From contig CBDFFH010000036.1 in the NCBI GenBank assembly GCA_965246715.1, forward strand, positions 32,001-96,000: DNA of 64,000 nt, given 5' to 3'. The notes under the pieces were generated by a model. That model was given only the letters and a program-made list of their open reading frames with translations, ran no database searches and was not told where the DNA came from. Shown piece by piece: positions 20,376 to 31,580 of the stretch; position 1 is the stretch's first letter; each line of letters starts with the position of its first letter. A program made the position numbers and the translations under genes. The stretch comes from Chamaesiphon sp. (GTDB taxonomy: Bacteria > Cyanobacteriota > Cyanobacteriia > Cyanobacteriales > Chamaesiphonaceae).

Positions 20376-20695
20376 ACCGTGAATTTGGGATAAGGATTTC
20401 CGGTCGAAAAACTCAACCCACAGATCGACCCACAATGCGGAGCTAAAGCGAAGCGCGCCATGCAACACACCAACAAAACCTTCCGCAGCGGCTCGCAGCT
20501 GGGAGGTTCCCTCCCGGATTATGCGAGACAAGACAGGAGAGTTTGAGAGGCGGCGTTCCGCCTTTCAACGGGGGGTCTGGGGGAAGCCTCCCCCAGATCC
20601 GGGTTTTTGCTTCTCATACCGATTTAAAGAGGTAACCTGACAGATCTCTACCCTTTGCAATTCTGAACGATCGATTCCGATCCCGAACTGACGTT
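20376..20695. mobile_element. miniature element of the AACGTGAGTTCGGG family
   Basis: ACCGTGAATTTGGGATAAG ... ATCCCGAACTGACGTT, with several internal hairpins. Confidence 0.55.
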
Positions 20696-20757
20696 AAAAA
20701 AGAAGAAGGTCGAGCAATGCCCAACCTTCTTCTTAACTATTCACTATTGACTATTCA

Positions 20758-21810
20758 CTAGTTACGAGCGTTAAACTCAGCGAAACTCTGATAAAACTCA
20801 TTCTCTTCATAGATGTGGCAGTTATCAGTGATGTCCTTCATCAGTTCCCAGTTGAACTTGCGTTCTTTGATGTATTCACCCCAATTAGCCTTGATAATTG
20901 CGTGAGCTTCACGCAAGCGATACGAAGGAATTGCTGTAGAAATGTGATGGGGAACGTGAACGTTGATATCGTGACAGAGAAACTCGACCCAGCGCGGATA
21001 GTCACAGTGAACGGTACCAGTTAATTGGGCGATCGCCTCTTGCCATTCGTTGGTAGGCTTGAATGGAATATCCGACGCGGTGTGATGCACGATCGTAAAT
21101 GTGCTCATCCAGAAGTGATAAACCAACCATGGCAGCAACCAAAATTTCACAAATCCCCAGACACCCAGAGTTGCAAACATAATCGGGAAGATAACCGCCG
21201 CACCGATAATCACAAATAAAGCCGAGAATTTCACATCATCTCTGGTTTTACCTGCTTTGAAATTGTGCCAGTTAAAGTGAACTGCTGCCCAGTGAGGTAA
21301 TGAAGCTACCCACCATAACTTACCGCGCATGGCTTGATAGACTACTTGTAACCAAGTTGGAGCTGTCTGATAAGCTTCTGGTCGCCAAGGCTGCCAAGCA
21401 TTGTCCACATCCATTTTATTGGTGTGTTTGTGATGCTTTGCGTGTCCGTAGCGCCAGCCATGAAAGGGATAAATCAAGGTCAACATGAATAGATGACCGA
21501 CAATATCGTTGACCTTGCGGCTATTGGAGAAGGAGCGGTGAGCGCAATCATGACCGATGACGAAACAGCCAGTCATCGCTGTACCTGTGAAGATCCACGC
21601 GAATGGTAAGAGGTACCAAGGGGAAAATGCGATCGCAGTCATTCCCAGCGCAACTGTGATGATGGTAGTGACTACTGACTGCCAAGCCTTGCGGCTATCT
21701 TTAGCAAAAACTTCTTTGGGTAAAGTTTTGAGGATGTCCTTAAGCTTTAGTTCGGAATTAGATGTTTGGGACAGCGAAGTGGCTGTATTCGACTCGATCG
21801 ATAATGTCAT
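20758..21810 (-). CDS. desA: delta-12 acyl-lipid desaturase
   Basis: His boxes HDCAH, HAKHH, HVPHH; ATG at 21810 preferred over the 21864 start. Confidence 0.9.
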   Translation of the reverse strand: MTLSIESNTATSLSQTSNSELKLKDILKTLPKEVFAKDSRKAWQSVVTTIITVALGMTAIAFSPWYLLPFAWIFTGTAMTGCFVIGHDCAHRSFSNSRKVNDIVGHLFMLTLIYPFHGWRYGHAKHHKHTNKMDVDNAWQPWRPEAYQTAPTWLQVVYQAMRGKLWWVASLPHWAAVHFNWHNFKAGKTRDDVKFSALFVIIGAAVIFPIMFATLGVWGFVKFWLLPWLVYHFWMSTFTIVHHTASDIPFKPTNEWQEAIAQLTGTVHCDYPRWVEFLCHDINVHVPHHISTAIPSYRLREAHAIIKANWGEYIKERKFNWELMKDITDNCHIYEENEFYQSFAEFNARN

Positions 21811-22154
21811 GTAGCGGTTTAGATCTCCACGGGTTACTAGGGTACAGTCGTTGCTACCGCCCATTACGCACCGCTCTATCGGCAGATAAGTGGCAATTAT
21901 TAATTTGTAGCCAGACTAGGTACAGTTTTGTTAACAAACATTAATATTTATCCTACATTAGTCTGTCCCAGCAGGATAGTCAATACCGTCGCCACCTAGA
22001 AACAGCCTATGTTAAGGCTACCCGATCGCTCCCCATGAATTAACAACTTAGGAAGATGCGATCGGTGAATTATGAGTTTGATGATGTCTGAATCGGGTGA
22101 TTTAGTAACCACGAAGGTGCGCCATCGGGCGGGGTTGGTAAAGGTTCGGTTATT

Positions 22155-23171
22155 TTAAAGATCGATCGCCGAACCATCCGCAGCTTCTAACACGAATCCC
22201 AGATCCGCGATCGTATCCCAGTCTTGATGCGCCGCTTGTCCTGGTGTAGTTAGATAATCGCCGACAAAAATTGAATTTGCCACATACAAGCCTAACGGTT
22301 GGAGCGATCGCAAGTGAACTTCACGCCCCCCAGCAATCCGAATTTCCTGAGATGGGAGTAGGAACCGGAACAAACACAGTATTCGCAAGCACTGCTGCGG
22401 TGTTAGCTGCTGGATATCAGCAAACTTAGTCCCAGGAATGGGAATCAAAAAATTAATCGGTACGCTAGTCACGCCTAATTCGCGCAGGGACAGGGCTAAA
22501 TCGATAACATCATCATTTGACTCGCCCATCCCCAAAATACCGCCGGAACAGGTCGTAATCCCAGCAGCATGGACATTTTTGATTGTCTCGACTCGATCGG
22601 TATAAGTATGCGTGCTAACGATCCGATCGGTGTTGGCTTCGGATGTATTTAGATTATGATTAACTCGATCGACCCCCGCCTCTGCTAGTCTGTGCGTCTG
22701 TTCTTCACTGAGCAATCCCAAACAGGCACAGACCTTCAGATCGTAATTTGCCTTAACTTCGCGGACGGCATCCAATACTTTACCAAAAGTCGCTTCATTT
22801 GGCGATCGACCGGAAATCACCATGCAAAATGTCCCCGCCTTAAGTTCCGCTGCTCGTTTGGCCGCATCGAGAATCTTATCCTTCGCCATCAGCGGATATT
22901 TCTCGATTTCTGCGGTAGAGATTTTTGATTGCGAGCAGTAGTGACAGTCTTCTGGACACATGCCACTCTGAGCATTTAAGAGATAGTGCAGTCGCACTCG
23001 ATTGCTCCAATAGTGACGACGCACCCGATATGCGGCGGCGACTTGATCCAACAACACCGCATCCTCAGCGCTTAGGACGGATCTAGCTTCATCCCTCGTC
23101 AATATCTCTCCCGCTAACGATCGATCGGCAAGGCTATTCCAGGTGGGTGTCGTTAATAACATGGAACTCAA
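22155..23171 (-). CDS. bioB: biotin synthase
   Basis: [11 protein letters not shown] radical-SAM motif, [16 protein letters not shown]. Confidence 0.95.
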   Translation of the reverse strand: MSSMLLTTPTWNSLADRSLAGEILTRDEARSVLSAEDAVLLDQVAAAYRVRRHYWSNRVRLHYLLNAQSGMCPEDCHYCSQSKISTAEIEKYPLMAKDKILDAAKRAAELKAGTFCMVISGRSPNEATFGKVLDAVREVKANYDLKVCACLGLLSEEQTHRLAEAGVDRVNHNLNTSEANTDRIVSTHTYTDRVETIKNVHAAGITTCSGGILGMGESNDDVIDLALSLRELGVTSVPINFLIPIPGTKFADIQQLTPQQCLRILCLFRFLLPSQEIRIAGGREVHLRSLQPLGLYVANSIFVGDYLTTPGQAAHQDWDTIADLGFVLEAADGSAIDL

Positions 23172-23658
23172 AGTCTAAATGATGGGCGATCGCTATTATT
23201 GCCGAATCTGGTGACTTAGTTGCGCGATCTGGCGAGCGATTTTGTTAAATGGCAAGATAATGACATGATGAGATCTTTGCTAGCGATCGCATGAAACCTA
23301 TCTCCAACAATATTGAAGACTACCTCAAGCCGAGTATGGCGATCGATCGATCCAAGCAGATATGACTTACGCATTGACGGCTATAAGGGATTGTGGCGAG
23401 CGAGATTATTTTCTATTTAAGGATTTTAAAAAGTGGGATGCTCCCCTATTACTCTCGCCAGAAGATTAAATTTGCTTTCGATCGAATATCGTTTACTGTC
23501 TAAGGTTTGAGAGCTAATTTCTAACATTTTAGAATTGGGGGCGGTGAAAATTGAAACTGTTAGTAATTAAGCTCTCGATCGCTTGCGTGAAGACATCTCT
23601 ATCGATCGAGAGCGATTTTACCTTTCCTGGAGTGATAAAAGAGGGCTATAGCAATCCT

Positions 23659-23840
23659 GGCGTTGCTGAATATGGGTATGATTTTTTGTAGGGGTGCTCC
23701 TGTCTTGTCGTTTTTTTATTCGGGGGTTCCCCCCGAATAAAAACGCCGCTTGTGGGTACCCTGAATCGATGCGGGGTACCCACGAGGCATTACCCCTACA
23801 AAAATTGTTTGTGCGTTTCATACATTAATTCAGCAACGCC
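23659..23840. mobile_element. MITE (GGCGTTGCTGAAT ends) carrying a REP doublet, inserted in the left end of an IS630
   Basis: TIRs and 8-bp TSD GCAATCCT; sister copy at 35392-35524. Confidence 0.85.
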
Positions 23841-23908
23841 GCAATCCTAAATCAGAAGCAACTTCATAGTACAATCATATTCAATGGTCGATCGCAGGAA
23901 TATAGGCA

Positions 23909-24430
23909 ATGCACAATTTTCTACTAGAGCGAAAAATAAAAAATGAAAAAATAGCGGCACTAGCAGCCTTTATTAAGAGTAATCCAGATGTAAGGGAACT
24001 AAAAAGAGGGCTAGCGGTTAAGATGGCAATCCAAGAGGAGCCTTATCAAAAGACAACACAATTACTAGGAGTAAGTAATTTTTGGATAAGTGATTGGAAA
24101 AAGAACTTTAAAGCGAAGGGGATAGAAGGAATTAGACTGGGATATAAAGGGTCAAAAAAATATTTAACAGACGAACAATCGACAGAAATAGTGGAATGGC
24201 TAAGAAGTAGAGAGTATTGGCAGGTGGAAGAACTAATCAACTATTTGGACAACGAATATGGAGTTGGGTACAAATCCAAGCAAAGTTATTATGACTTGTT
24301 CAATTTAGCAAAAATCAGTTGGAAAAGAACTCAAAAAGCCAACCCAAAATCTGATGAAGATCGGGTAAAAAAAAGCCGAAGAAATTAATGGCATTCTAGC
24401 GAAGAACCAGTCAGAGATTGAATCAGGGGT
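23909..24430 (+). pseudogene. IS630-family transposase, N-terminal part only
   Basis: HTH orfA ending at an A-run frameshift site; DDE part missing. Confidence 0.8.
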
Positions 24431-24639
24431 CAGACAAAACCAAGTTGGGAAGAGGTATACTCGGTTATCGCAGCGATTGGGGTTAATCTCAGTGCAATCG
24501 GTTTTCTGAATGAGCGGTGTCGTCATCAAATGTTGTTGCCATGACGTAGCCTATCCTGAAGGAGAATCGTCGTTGGCGTAGCCGCGCCGAGAGGTAATCG
24601 AGTGTCAGTAATTGTGTCAATCGAGATACATCAATTTCA

Positions 24640-24958
24640 CTCTATTTCACTGGTAGATTCATCTAATTTCAAGGTATAAATTAGAGCCTCATTTAACTGT
24701 TGAACTTACACAGACGAGAGTTTGCCAAGTTGCCGGATTAGTTGCTGTCGTTCGCGTAGCGTTGCCCACTGGCAAATCTATGACTGCAATTTGATAGCAG
24801 AGTGCCACCGATTCTTGAGTGAGTCCACCTTCCTCCGCGAGAATGGTAATGGTGCCAGGAATGTTCGAGCGGCGAAGATTAGAAGTGAGAGGTACAATCA
24901 CGACTGTTTGGGTGAATCTATCGATCGTCTCCCGCTGTACGACAACAACCGGACGTTT
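24640..24958 (-). pseudogene. mazF: PemK/MazF-family toxin pseudogene
   Basis: KRPVVVVQ..VVIVPLTSN..S.ALC.QI; 25-nt frameshifting insert, internal TAA, 5' end replaced by a transposon end. Confidence 0.75.
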
Positions 24959-25128
24959 TCTTTACTCTACCTGCCCCAATTTATAGTTGCAGTTAATTCG
25001 GTCTCAAAATTAGTATTGCGGGCTGGTTGCACTTAATTCGGTCTCAAGTGACCGGATAGTTGCAGTTAATGTGGTCTCAAAATTGCGATGATTGCAGTCC
25101 TGAGTGATTACTATTGCAGGTCGCTACA
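24955..25128 (-). mobile_element. Tn7/Mu-like transposon end (TGT terminus plus repeated putative transposase-binding sites)
   Basis: reverse complement begins TGTAGCGACC and has three GAGACC..ATTAA.TGCAAC repeats; inverted copy at 54287. Confidence 0.7.
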
Positions 25129-25329
25129 ACTAGAGGTAGATCTGAAGGCAAAGCTGAAGGCGAGGCTGGACTGATCCTGCGCCAATTGAATCGTCGCTTT
25201 GGTACTTTACCTGCTGGAGTATCCGATCGCATTTCTCAATTAACGATCGAGCAGTTGGATGAATTGGGTGAGGCGTTGCTTGATTTTACAAGCTTGAGCG
25301 ATCTAGAAGCTTGGCTGGCGAGATCGTAA
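25129..25329 (+). pseudogene. DUF4351-domain C-terminal fragment
   Basis: EGKAEGEAGLILRQLNRRFG..LGEALLDF..L.AWL; truncated by the transposon end. Confidence 0.8.
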
Positions 25330-25576
25330 TGCCGCTCGTCAATTTTGAATCGATCGAGGCGCGATTCGGCAAAGCCGACGCTAGCGCGAACGAGTGGTGA
25401 GAAAACGAGCATTATCACACCCTTGTTGTAAAGATTTAGCTCCAGACAATAGTTTCAGCTCCTAGAAGATGAGTGTGATAATCGCGATCGCCTCCGAAAA
25501 CAGTCGATATAAGCTAAACCGATCGATCTTCAAGTCTCAACAGCGTATTCTTTCGTCAATAAATAAATATTGCTTA

Positions 25577-26032
25577 TCAATCTGCGAATTTCCCCTGCAT
25601 CGTCGTAAATTTTCGGCGTTCTCCGGTTTGCTTTCGGTGAAGATAACGTTGTCTCGCTTGAGCCAACACTGACTCCATTAAATTGGGGTCATGCTGACAA
25701 GCCAGATAAGCAGCTTCTAAAAATGTCTCTCTGGTAATCTTGGTTTTACTACACAGATTTTCTAACTCCGCATCGAGATCGCGATCGATTCGGAGCGTTC
25801 GTCGATTCACTTCACCTGTAGGCTGGTTGTATAGTTGCTCTGTAGGCGCGGCAATATTTACCGCTCCTTCGCTAGAGCTGAAGTCATGGGAACGCTCGAT
25901 GAGATCTTCACTAGATGAATGACTAAATTCAGTCTTTTTGTCATTACTGAATTCAGTTAATGAACTATTTCGGACTGGTACTGTGGCTCTCGGACGAGTT
26001 TTGAGCCGAGCAAAGGCATCGTTATCTGTCAT
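25577..26032 (-). CDS. ParA-partner DNA-binding protein (plasmid-type partition)
   Basis: ATG overlaps the parA stop (ATGA); RRTLRID..L motif; internal TGAATGACTAAATT repeats. Confidence 0.6.
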   Translation of the reverse strand: MTDNDAFARLKTRPRATVPVRNSSLTEFSNDKKTEFSHSSSEDLIERSHDFSSSEGAVNIAAPTEQLYNQPTGEVNRRTLRIDRDLDAELENLCSKTKITRETFLEAAYLACQHDPNLMESVLAQARQRYLHRKQTGERRKFTTMQGKFAD

Positions 26033-26438
26033 GCGTGGGCACATAATATGCGGATGATTTCTGTAAAGGGGTATTCTAGTTGAGGATGTTCGAGATCTGA
26101 AGGGAGCTGGTTTTGGTCGATCGCGCGTTTGAATTGTTCGGATTTGAGGATTGAGGGGAGGATGGGAATATCTCCAGCGATTTCCCGCATGGTCTCGATA
26201 CTTTTTTGACTTTGCTTGGCTTGAGTGCGACCCGTCCAGCGATCTCGGAAGGGTAAAACTCCCAGTAGCGTACCGCCGAAGGCATCGACTTGTTGAAGTT
26301 CAAGGTCAAGCTGGCCTGTGGATCGGCATCGACCATCAGGACTCGATAACCGCTCCGACTGAGGAGTTTACCCAGGCAGATAGCTGTAGTGGTTTTGCCC
26401 TGTCCACCTGAGAGCGAGGTACAGGTGATAGTTTCCAT
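26029..26438 (-). pseudogene. parA: ParA-family ATPase with internal deletion and frameshift
   Basis: SLSGGQGKTT and VDADPQASLT joined out of frame to the C-terminal GVLPFRDRW...LEYPF segment. Confidence 0.8.
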
Positions 26439-26568
26439 GATTTATTCAGTCAAGGTTGAATAGCGATAAAGCTGAATGACTAAATTTAGTCACTATTAAA
26501 TAGTAGCATTTAGGGGTGCGATCGGGATAGCTGTAAAATAGTGCTACGAATTATCGAGGATAGCTCGG

Positions 26569-27324
26569 TCATACTGCAACGATCTTAAACCGTCCCCCCT
26601 CAGTCACAACCAAGCGATACCTGCCACTCAATCCGCGTCTTACCAGTGCATTTCTCACCCCCGCAGCCGCGCGTTCGGATTGCTTGGCGGTTGGACTTAT
26701 GGAAATGGTTTCTGGATGAGTGCGGTAGTAATAGAGCGGTTGTGGGTGATGATGGATCTGGGTGACTTCGGAGATTTTCAAGCACAGATCGTAGTCTTGG
26801 GCTTGGGGAAAGTCTACGTCGATGCCACCCACTAAGTCGTAGATCTCCCGTCGCAGTAATCGGAAGTGGAAGGTCATGAAGTCGATGAGTATTCGTTCTT
26901 TTGAATAGGGAATCTGACATCTGGCTCCGAGTCCCAGCACCTTACCATCCGATGTAACGATCGAATGGTCGGTATAGACCATGCCGATCTCTGGGTTGGT
27001 GTCGAGGATGCTGACGGTGGCGGCAAGGGCATCGGGAGCGAGGAAATCGTCGCTATCGACAAAAGCTAAATATTCACCAGTTGTGGTGGCAATGGCGGCA
27101 CGGAGGGCTGCTGCTCTTCCGGTGTGGGGTGCGGGGATGAATTTAATGCGCGGGTCGAGATTGGCGCGATCTTGGGCGATGGTGGGGGAGGAGTCGGTAG
27201 AGCCGTCGTCCCAGATGGTGAGGTGCCAGTGGGGATAGGTTTGCAGGAGGATGCTGTCAATCGCTTGTGAGAGGTAGTGTTGGCGGTTGTAGACGGTCAT
27301 CACTAATGAGACAGGGATGGGCAT
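26569..27324 (-). CDS. glycosyltransferase family 2
   Basis: WDDGSTD, FVDSDD, QDYDL. Confidence 0.9.
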   Translation of the reverse strand: MPIPVSLVMTVYNRQHYLSQAIDSILLQTYPHWHLTIWDDGSTDSSPTIAQDRANLDPRIKFIPAPHTGRAAALRAAIATTTGEYLAFVDSDDFLAPDALAATVSILDTNPEIGMVYTDHSIVTSDGKVLGLGARCQIPYSKERILIDFMTFHFRLLRREIYDLVGGIDVDFPQAQDYDLCLKISEVTQIHHHPQPLYYYRTHPETISISPTAKQSERAAAGVRNALVRRGLSGRYRLVVTEGGRFKIVAV

Positions 27325-27544
27325 CTTTTATTTAGTTGGTGGTTGACAGCGATTCTCTTGTTAAGCGAGCGTGGGTGCGATCGAGTGTGGGCTGTTAAAT
27401 CGTCGATCGAGTGGGGGTGCGAGCGGGTTGTATTTGATCGGGAAAGAGTAGGTTGTTGAAAGAATTGCTCCGTATACATTTGAGTGGTGGGCGATTCCCA
27501 CCTTACAGCTCTGACCGCTACATCGGTTTGGCCGGAGGCATCGG

Positions 27545-28138
27545 CTAGGTTCTGTAATTACGACAAAAAAATACTGGATTGATATTGTCATAAAATGTTT
27601 CTTTGATATTATTGCTATTAAAACAATAAGATTCTATAAAATCATAAAAATCTCTGCCTACTAAATCTGAATGAAAAGAATTTATATAAGTTTTGTATAT
27701 GTCATAGCTATTATCCTTAATACTGTAGCTTTTAAGATCCCATAGAAATATTTCAGACCTATCAGAGTCAGCGAAAGCAAAAGAATTATTCAACAACTCT
27801 AGCTGTTTGTTTTTCTCTTCTCTGCGAGATCGACCTTGAAAAGTATCTTCCATACCTAAAACGCCATCTTTAAAGTATCCAATATTTGTATCAGACCATT
27901 TCAGATTTGCTAGATGAAATCTTAGGCTATTCGGCATTTCTCTTTCGTTACCTACTTCTAGTTCACCACTCCCAAAGATCTGAAGAAATTCTAAATATCC
28001 TCTGGGGAAATTTCTTCTCGCTTCATAAACTTTTTTAAATTTTTCAGGCGTTAATATATTAGACTTAGATTCATATACTATCGTTAGTTGCAAGCTGAAA
28101 CATTTCCATTTTTCAATGTAACAATCATCTATTTTCAT
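27545..28138 (-). CDS. putative immunity protein (SMI1/KNR4-like)
   Basis: FPRGYLEFLQIFGSG..FADSDRSEIFLWD; AT-rich; downstream of the RHS toxin. Confidence 0.6.
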   Translation of the reverse strand: MKIDDCYIEKWKCFSLQLTIVYESKSNILTPEKFKKVYEARRNFPRGYLEFLQIFGSGELEVGNEREMPNSLRFHLANLKWSDTNIGYFKDGVLGMEDTFQGRSRREEKNKQLELLNNSFAFADSDRSEIFLWDLKSYSIKDNSYDIYKTYINSFHSDLVGRDFYDFIESYCFNSNNIKETFYDNINPVFFCRNYRT

Positions 28139-28349
28139 CTGCTTGTAAAATTTGCTAGAAGAATACTCTAATAACTTGTGAAATAATTTTTACAGATAAG
28201 TCAAGTTTCTGGATTAGGGAAAGTAGGAAAAGTCAAAGGAATTCCTCTCTGTTCTATTGCTGTTGGAGATGTTACTCCAGGGACAAAAATGGGAATGCTG
28301 CCTTGTATTCCTAAAACAGTGACAGGCGTTACGGTTACTTTGATGCCAG

Positions 28350-28868
28350 TTAAGCCAACAAGTAATACAAAATTGATGTGCCGACAACATGAGTAGCCAG
28401 CCGCTCAGAAGCACATAATAAACCACCCTTGAACTTCGCTAGCAATGTATAAAAATTCCATGATTCACAACATAGAGCTGCTTGAAAAGCTTCGGCCATG
28501 TACAATGCCACACTGAGCAAGCAAATTGTAAGAACACTCTGATTCAAATTAAAGTTTAATATAAACTTGAAAATTGCACCATCCATAACTCCAAAAATGA
28601 TATTAAAAACAGTAAGAATAAAAACTATGGGTAGAGTTCCAATGATTAGAAGGAAGTCCACTATATAGCTTCCTGTATTACTGGAAGCTATATTAATATT
28701 GCTGCTAAAGTAGTTGACTATACTTGCTACTAAAATTAGGCTGACTGGATATATACAATTATACTGATAGCTGAAAAATCTAGTTTTTAAGAGTGACGAT
28801 ACAAACATTAAACTTGTTACAGTTAAAATCTTTATTATCCAAATAATACTATCATCCATAATTAACAA
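28350..28868 (-). CDS. membrane protein, putative cognate RHS immunity protein
   Basis: starts immediately after the RHS stop; AT-rich; several TM segments. Confidence 0.55.
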   Translation of the reverse strand: MLIMDDSIIWIIKILTVTSLMFVSSLLKTRFFSYQYNCIYPVSLILVASIVNYFSSNINIASSNTGSYIVDFLLIIGTLPIVFILTVFNIIFGVMDGAIFKFILNFNLNQSVLTICLLSVALYMAEAFQAALCCESWNFYTLLAKFKGGLLCASERLATHVVGTSILYYLLA

Positions 28869-28870
28869 TG

Positions 28871-31576
28871 CTATATTTTTATTCTAGATTTAATAAAACT
28901 TCTGACACCAAAATCACTTAGTAGATCCATATGGCTTACGCCTTTATTAGCTCGATAATCAGGTCTATATAGTGGATTTCTAAACCAGAAGTAAGCAGCG
29001 ACATCTCTAAGATCGCGAGATGGAAATTTATTACTTGCTACCGTATAGGTCTCAGCGGCAAGGAGGTTTGGCTCAAAAGGGACACCTGTTGGATCGAGTC
29101 TTACCGCATAAATGTCTGCATTCAAATTAAGTAATTTAAGTGAATCGACTAATGCATTGAGTGTAAAGCCGCTACCATCGGAATGAGCAACTATATTAAT
29201 CGGCTCGTCACACTTTAAGCCACCACCTAATGATAAAAAACCTTGTATTATGAAAAAAGCATGTGCTGCTCTGATAGCACCAAATGGGTCGTTAGCAGGT
29301 GATACTCCTGGCGGATTGCCGATTGGGATCACAGGAAACCTGGCTCCAATGAGAAGAGAAAGAGGTAAGATTCCAAACTCTCCTCCTCCTCCTGGCAAAA
29401 TGAAAGTAATTTCACCACTAGGATCGATTGCATTAATCGCATTATTCTTAACATACCGAGTTAAATTCCCATCCCCACCAGCAAAGCCGATCGGATCTTC
29501 GCTAATAAACCGACCCACACTCGGATCGTAATACCGAGCGCGATAATAATCTAATTCAGTCTCACTATCTTGCTCCCGACCAGTGTAACCATACCGAAGC
29601 TCGATCGGGTTAGTCTGACTGACAACATTGCCAAAGCTATCATAACTAATATGGTCTAAGATCGTCCCAGCACCATCGACCACATCCTTAATCGTTCCCT
29701 GATGGTCGGCTAACAACCAGTGAGTACTACTAGCCACCTCATCAGCTAAAACTTGGTCAACTTCATCTCCGTACAAATAGCGATGTGTCTGGACTCCACT
29801 ACCATCAAAGACTAAACTAATCTGGTCGCGATCGAGTACATATCGCTCAGTTACCAACCCATCAATCTTCTTACCAATCCGACGATCGTTCACATCATAA
29901 AGATACTCGATCGACTTAACCACAATACCAGCAGTATCCTTAAATGCCACTATACTCAACCGATTGTGATAATCCCAACTATACTCAGTCACCTTACCAG
30001 TAGCAATCTCAGTCCGCTTGATTCTGTTACCCTCATCATCATAAGTATAGTTATAGATACCATCAGAGAGTAACTGATTATTAACCCCAGTTTGATAACC
30101 GCTATTAGTCCGATTGCCATTAGCATCGTAACTATAAGCCTCATCAGTTTGAGTACTATAATTCGCACCAGTTAACTGATTAATCGAATCGTAGTTATAG
30201 TTAACCACCCCATCGACAGAACTAATCTGACTGATGCGCGAACCCGTATCGTACTGGTAGTTATAACTATTAACTGCTACATTCGCCGCATTTTTATGGC
30301 TAATACCACTCAATCGATGCAAACTGTCATAACTATAATTAGTACCGATCGCTTGTTGAGTCCCAGTCAGATCGTTATAACGATTGAGGCTGGAGAGACT
30401 ACCGATCGAATCGTAAGTCATATTCACCCGTTTGGATTGGACTCCCGCACCACTTTGGGTAATCTGAGTAACTCGATCGAGATTATCGTAACTATAGGCT
30501 AGGTTTCCAGCGTTCACCCCATTAATCTTGTCATTGACAGCAAGCGTATTGCCATTGAGATCGTAAGAGTAATTTAATAAAACGCTAGGGATACCAACAG
30601 TGCCAGTATTATCGATACTGGTTAGACGACTGTTGAGATCGTAGGTATAGGTGTATTTAGAATTGACATCGTAAGTACTGGTGAGTTGACCGATCGCATC
30701 ATAATTTGAAACAATTTCGTTGAGAACCGTACTGTTACTAGCCAACCATTTCTCACCAATTAACCGATTGAGATTGTCGTAAGCGTTGGTAATGATGCGT
30801 CCATCTCTGTCGGTAGTAGAGATTTTATTACCAACTGCATCGTAACTAATGGTGCGAGTTTTACCGAATTGGTTGGTATCGGTAATCAAACGATTGAGTT
30901 CATCGTAACTGTAAGTGTTGGCATTATTTACTGGGTCGATGATGGAGATAATATTACCAACCTTGTCGTAGCTGGTTTTAGTTCCCCCACCCTTAGCATC
31001 CTTAACCTCAATTCGTCGATTCTGTGCATCGTACTTGTATTCAGTCCGATTACCATTCGCATCGACAGTAGCCGTGACATTCCCCAACTTATTGTACTCA
31101 GTGTTGGTAGTATGACCCAAAGCATCGATAACCGCAACCTGACGACCGAGAGCGTCAAATTGGTAAGTGGTGGTATTACCCTTGGCATCGGTAGTGGCAA
31201 TTAATTGGTTAGCAGCATCGTAGAAGTATTGTGTTTGGTTGCCCAGCGCATCGATTTCCCGACTGAGGCGATTGCGAGTGTCGTAGAACTTCTGGGTTTT
31301 ACGACCCAAAGCATCGGTATCGCTAGTAATCTGGTTGTTAGCATCGTATTGATTTTTAGTAATACTGCCATCGGGATTGACAGTGGCAATCAACCGATTG
31401 CGAGCATCGTATTGGTTGCTGGTTACTCGTCCCAAGGCATCGGTGCTAGAGATTAAATTACCGTTATTATCGTAGGCATTGGTCCTAGCTGCCACGCCCG
31501 ACGCATCGATCGTACCATGAGAAAAAATAAAATTTTTAACGATAAATTTAGGATGTCTGTAATTATTAAGTGACAA
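28871..31576 (-). CDS. RHS/YD-repeat protein (5'-truncated) with a C-terminal alpha/beta-hydrolase-like tip
   Basis: YD repeats, YRARYYDP..GRFISEDP core, DPSG cleavage motif, AHSDG in the tip. Confidence 0.9.
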   Translation of the reverse strand: MSLNNYRHPKFIVKNFIFSHGTIDASGVAARTNAYDNNGNLISSTDALGRVTSNQYDARNRLIATVNPDGSITKNQYDANNQITSDTDALGRKTQKFYDTRNRLSREIDALGNQTQYFYDAANQLIATTDAKGNTTTYQFDALGRQVAVIDALGHTTNTEYNKLGNVTATVDANGNRTEYKYDAQNRRIEVKDAKGGGTKTSYDKVGNIISIIDPVNNANTYSYDELNRLITDTNQFGKTRTISYDAVGNKISTTDRDGRIITNAYDNLNRLIGEKWLASNSTVLNEIVSNYDAIGQLTSTYDVNSKYTYTYDLNSRLTSIDNTGTVGIPSVLLNYSYDLNGNTLAVNDKINGVNAGNLAYSYDNLDRVTQITQSGAGVQSKRVNMTYDSIGSLSSLNRYNDLTGTQQAIGTNYSYDSLHRLSGISHKNAANVAVNSYNYQYDTGSRISQISSVDGVVNYNYDSINQLTGANYSTQTDEAYSYDANGNRTNSGYQTGVNNQLLSDGIYNYTYDDEGNRIKRTEIATGKVTEYSWDYHNRLSIVAFKDTAGIVVKSIEYLYDVNDRRIGKKIDGLVTERYVLDRDQISLVFDGSGVQTHRYLYGDEVDQVLADEVASSTHWLLADHQGTIKDVVDGAGTILDHISYDSFGNVVSQTNPIELRYGYTGREQDSETELDYYRARYYDPSVGRFISEDPIGFAGGDGNLTRYVKNNAINAIDPSGEITFILPGGGGEFGILPLSLLIGARFPVIPIGNPPGVSPANDPFGAIRAAHAFFIIQGFLSLGGGLKCDEPINIVAHSDGSGFTLNALVDSLKLLNLNADIYAVRLDPTGVPFEPNLLAAETYTVASNKFPSRDLRDVAAYFWFRNPLYRPDYRANKGVSHMDLLSDFGVRSFIKSRIKI

Positions 31577-31580
31577 AAAA

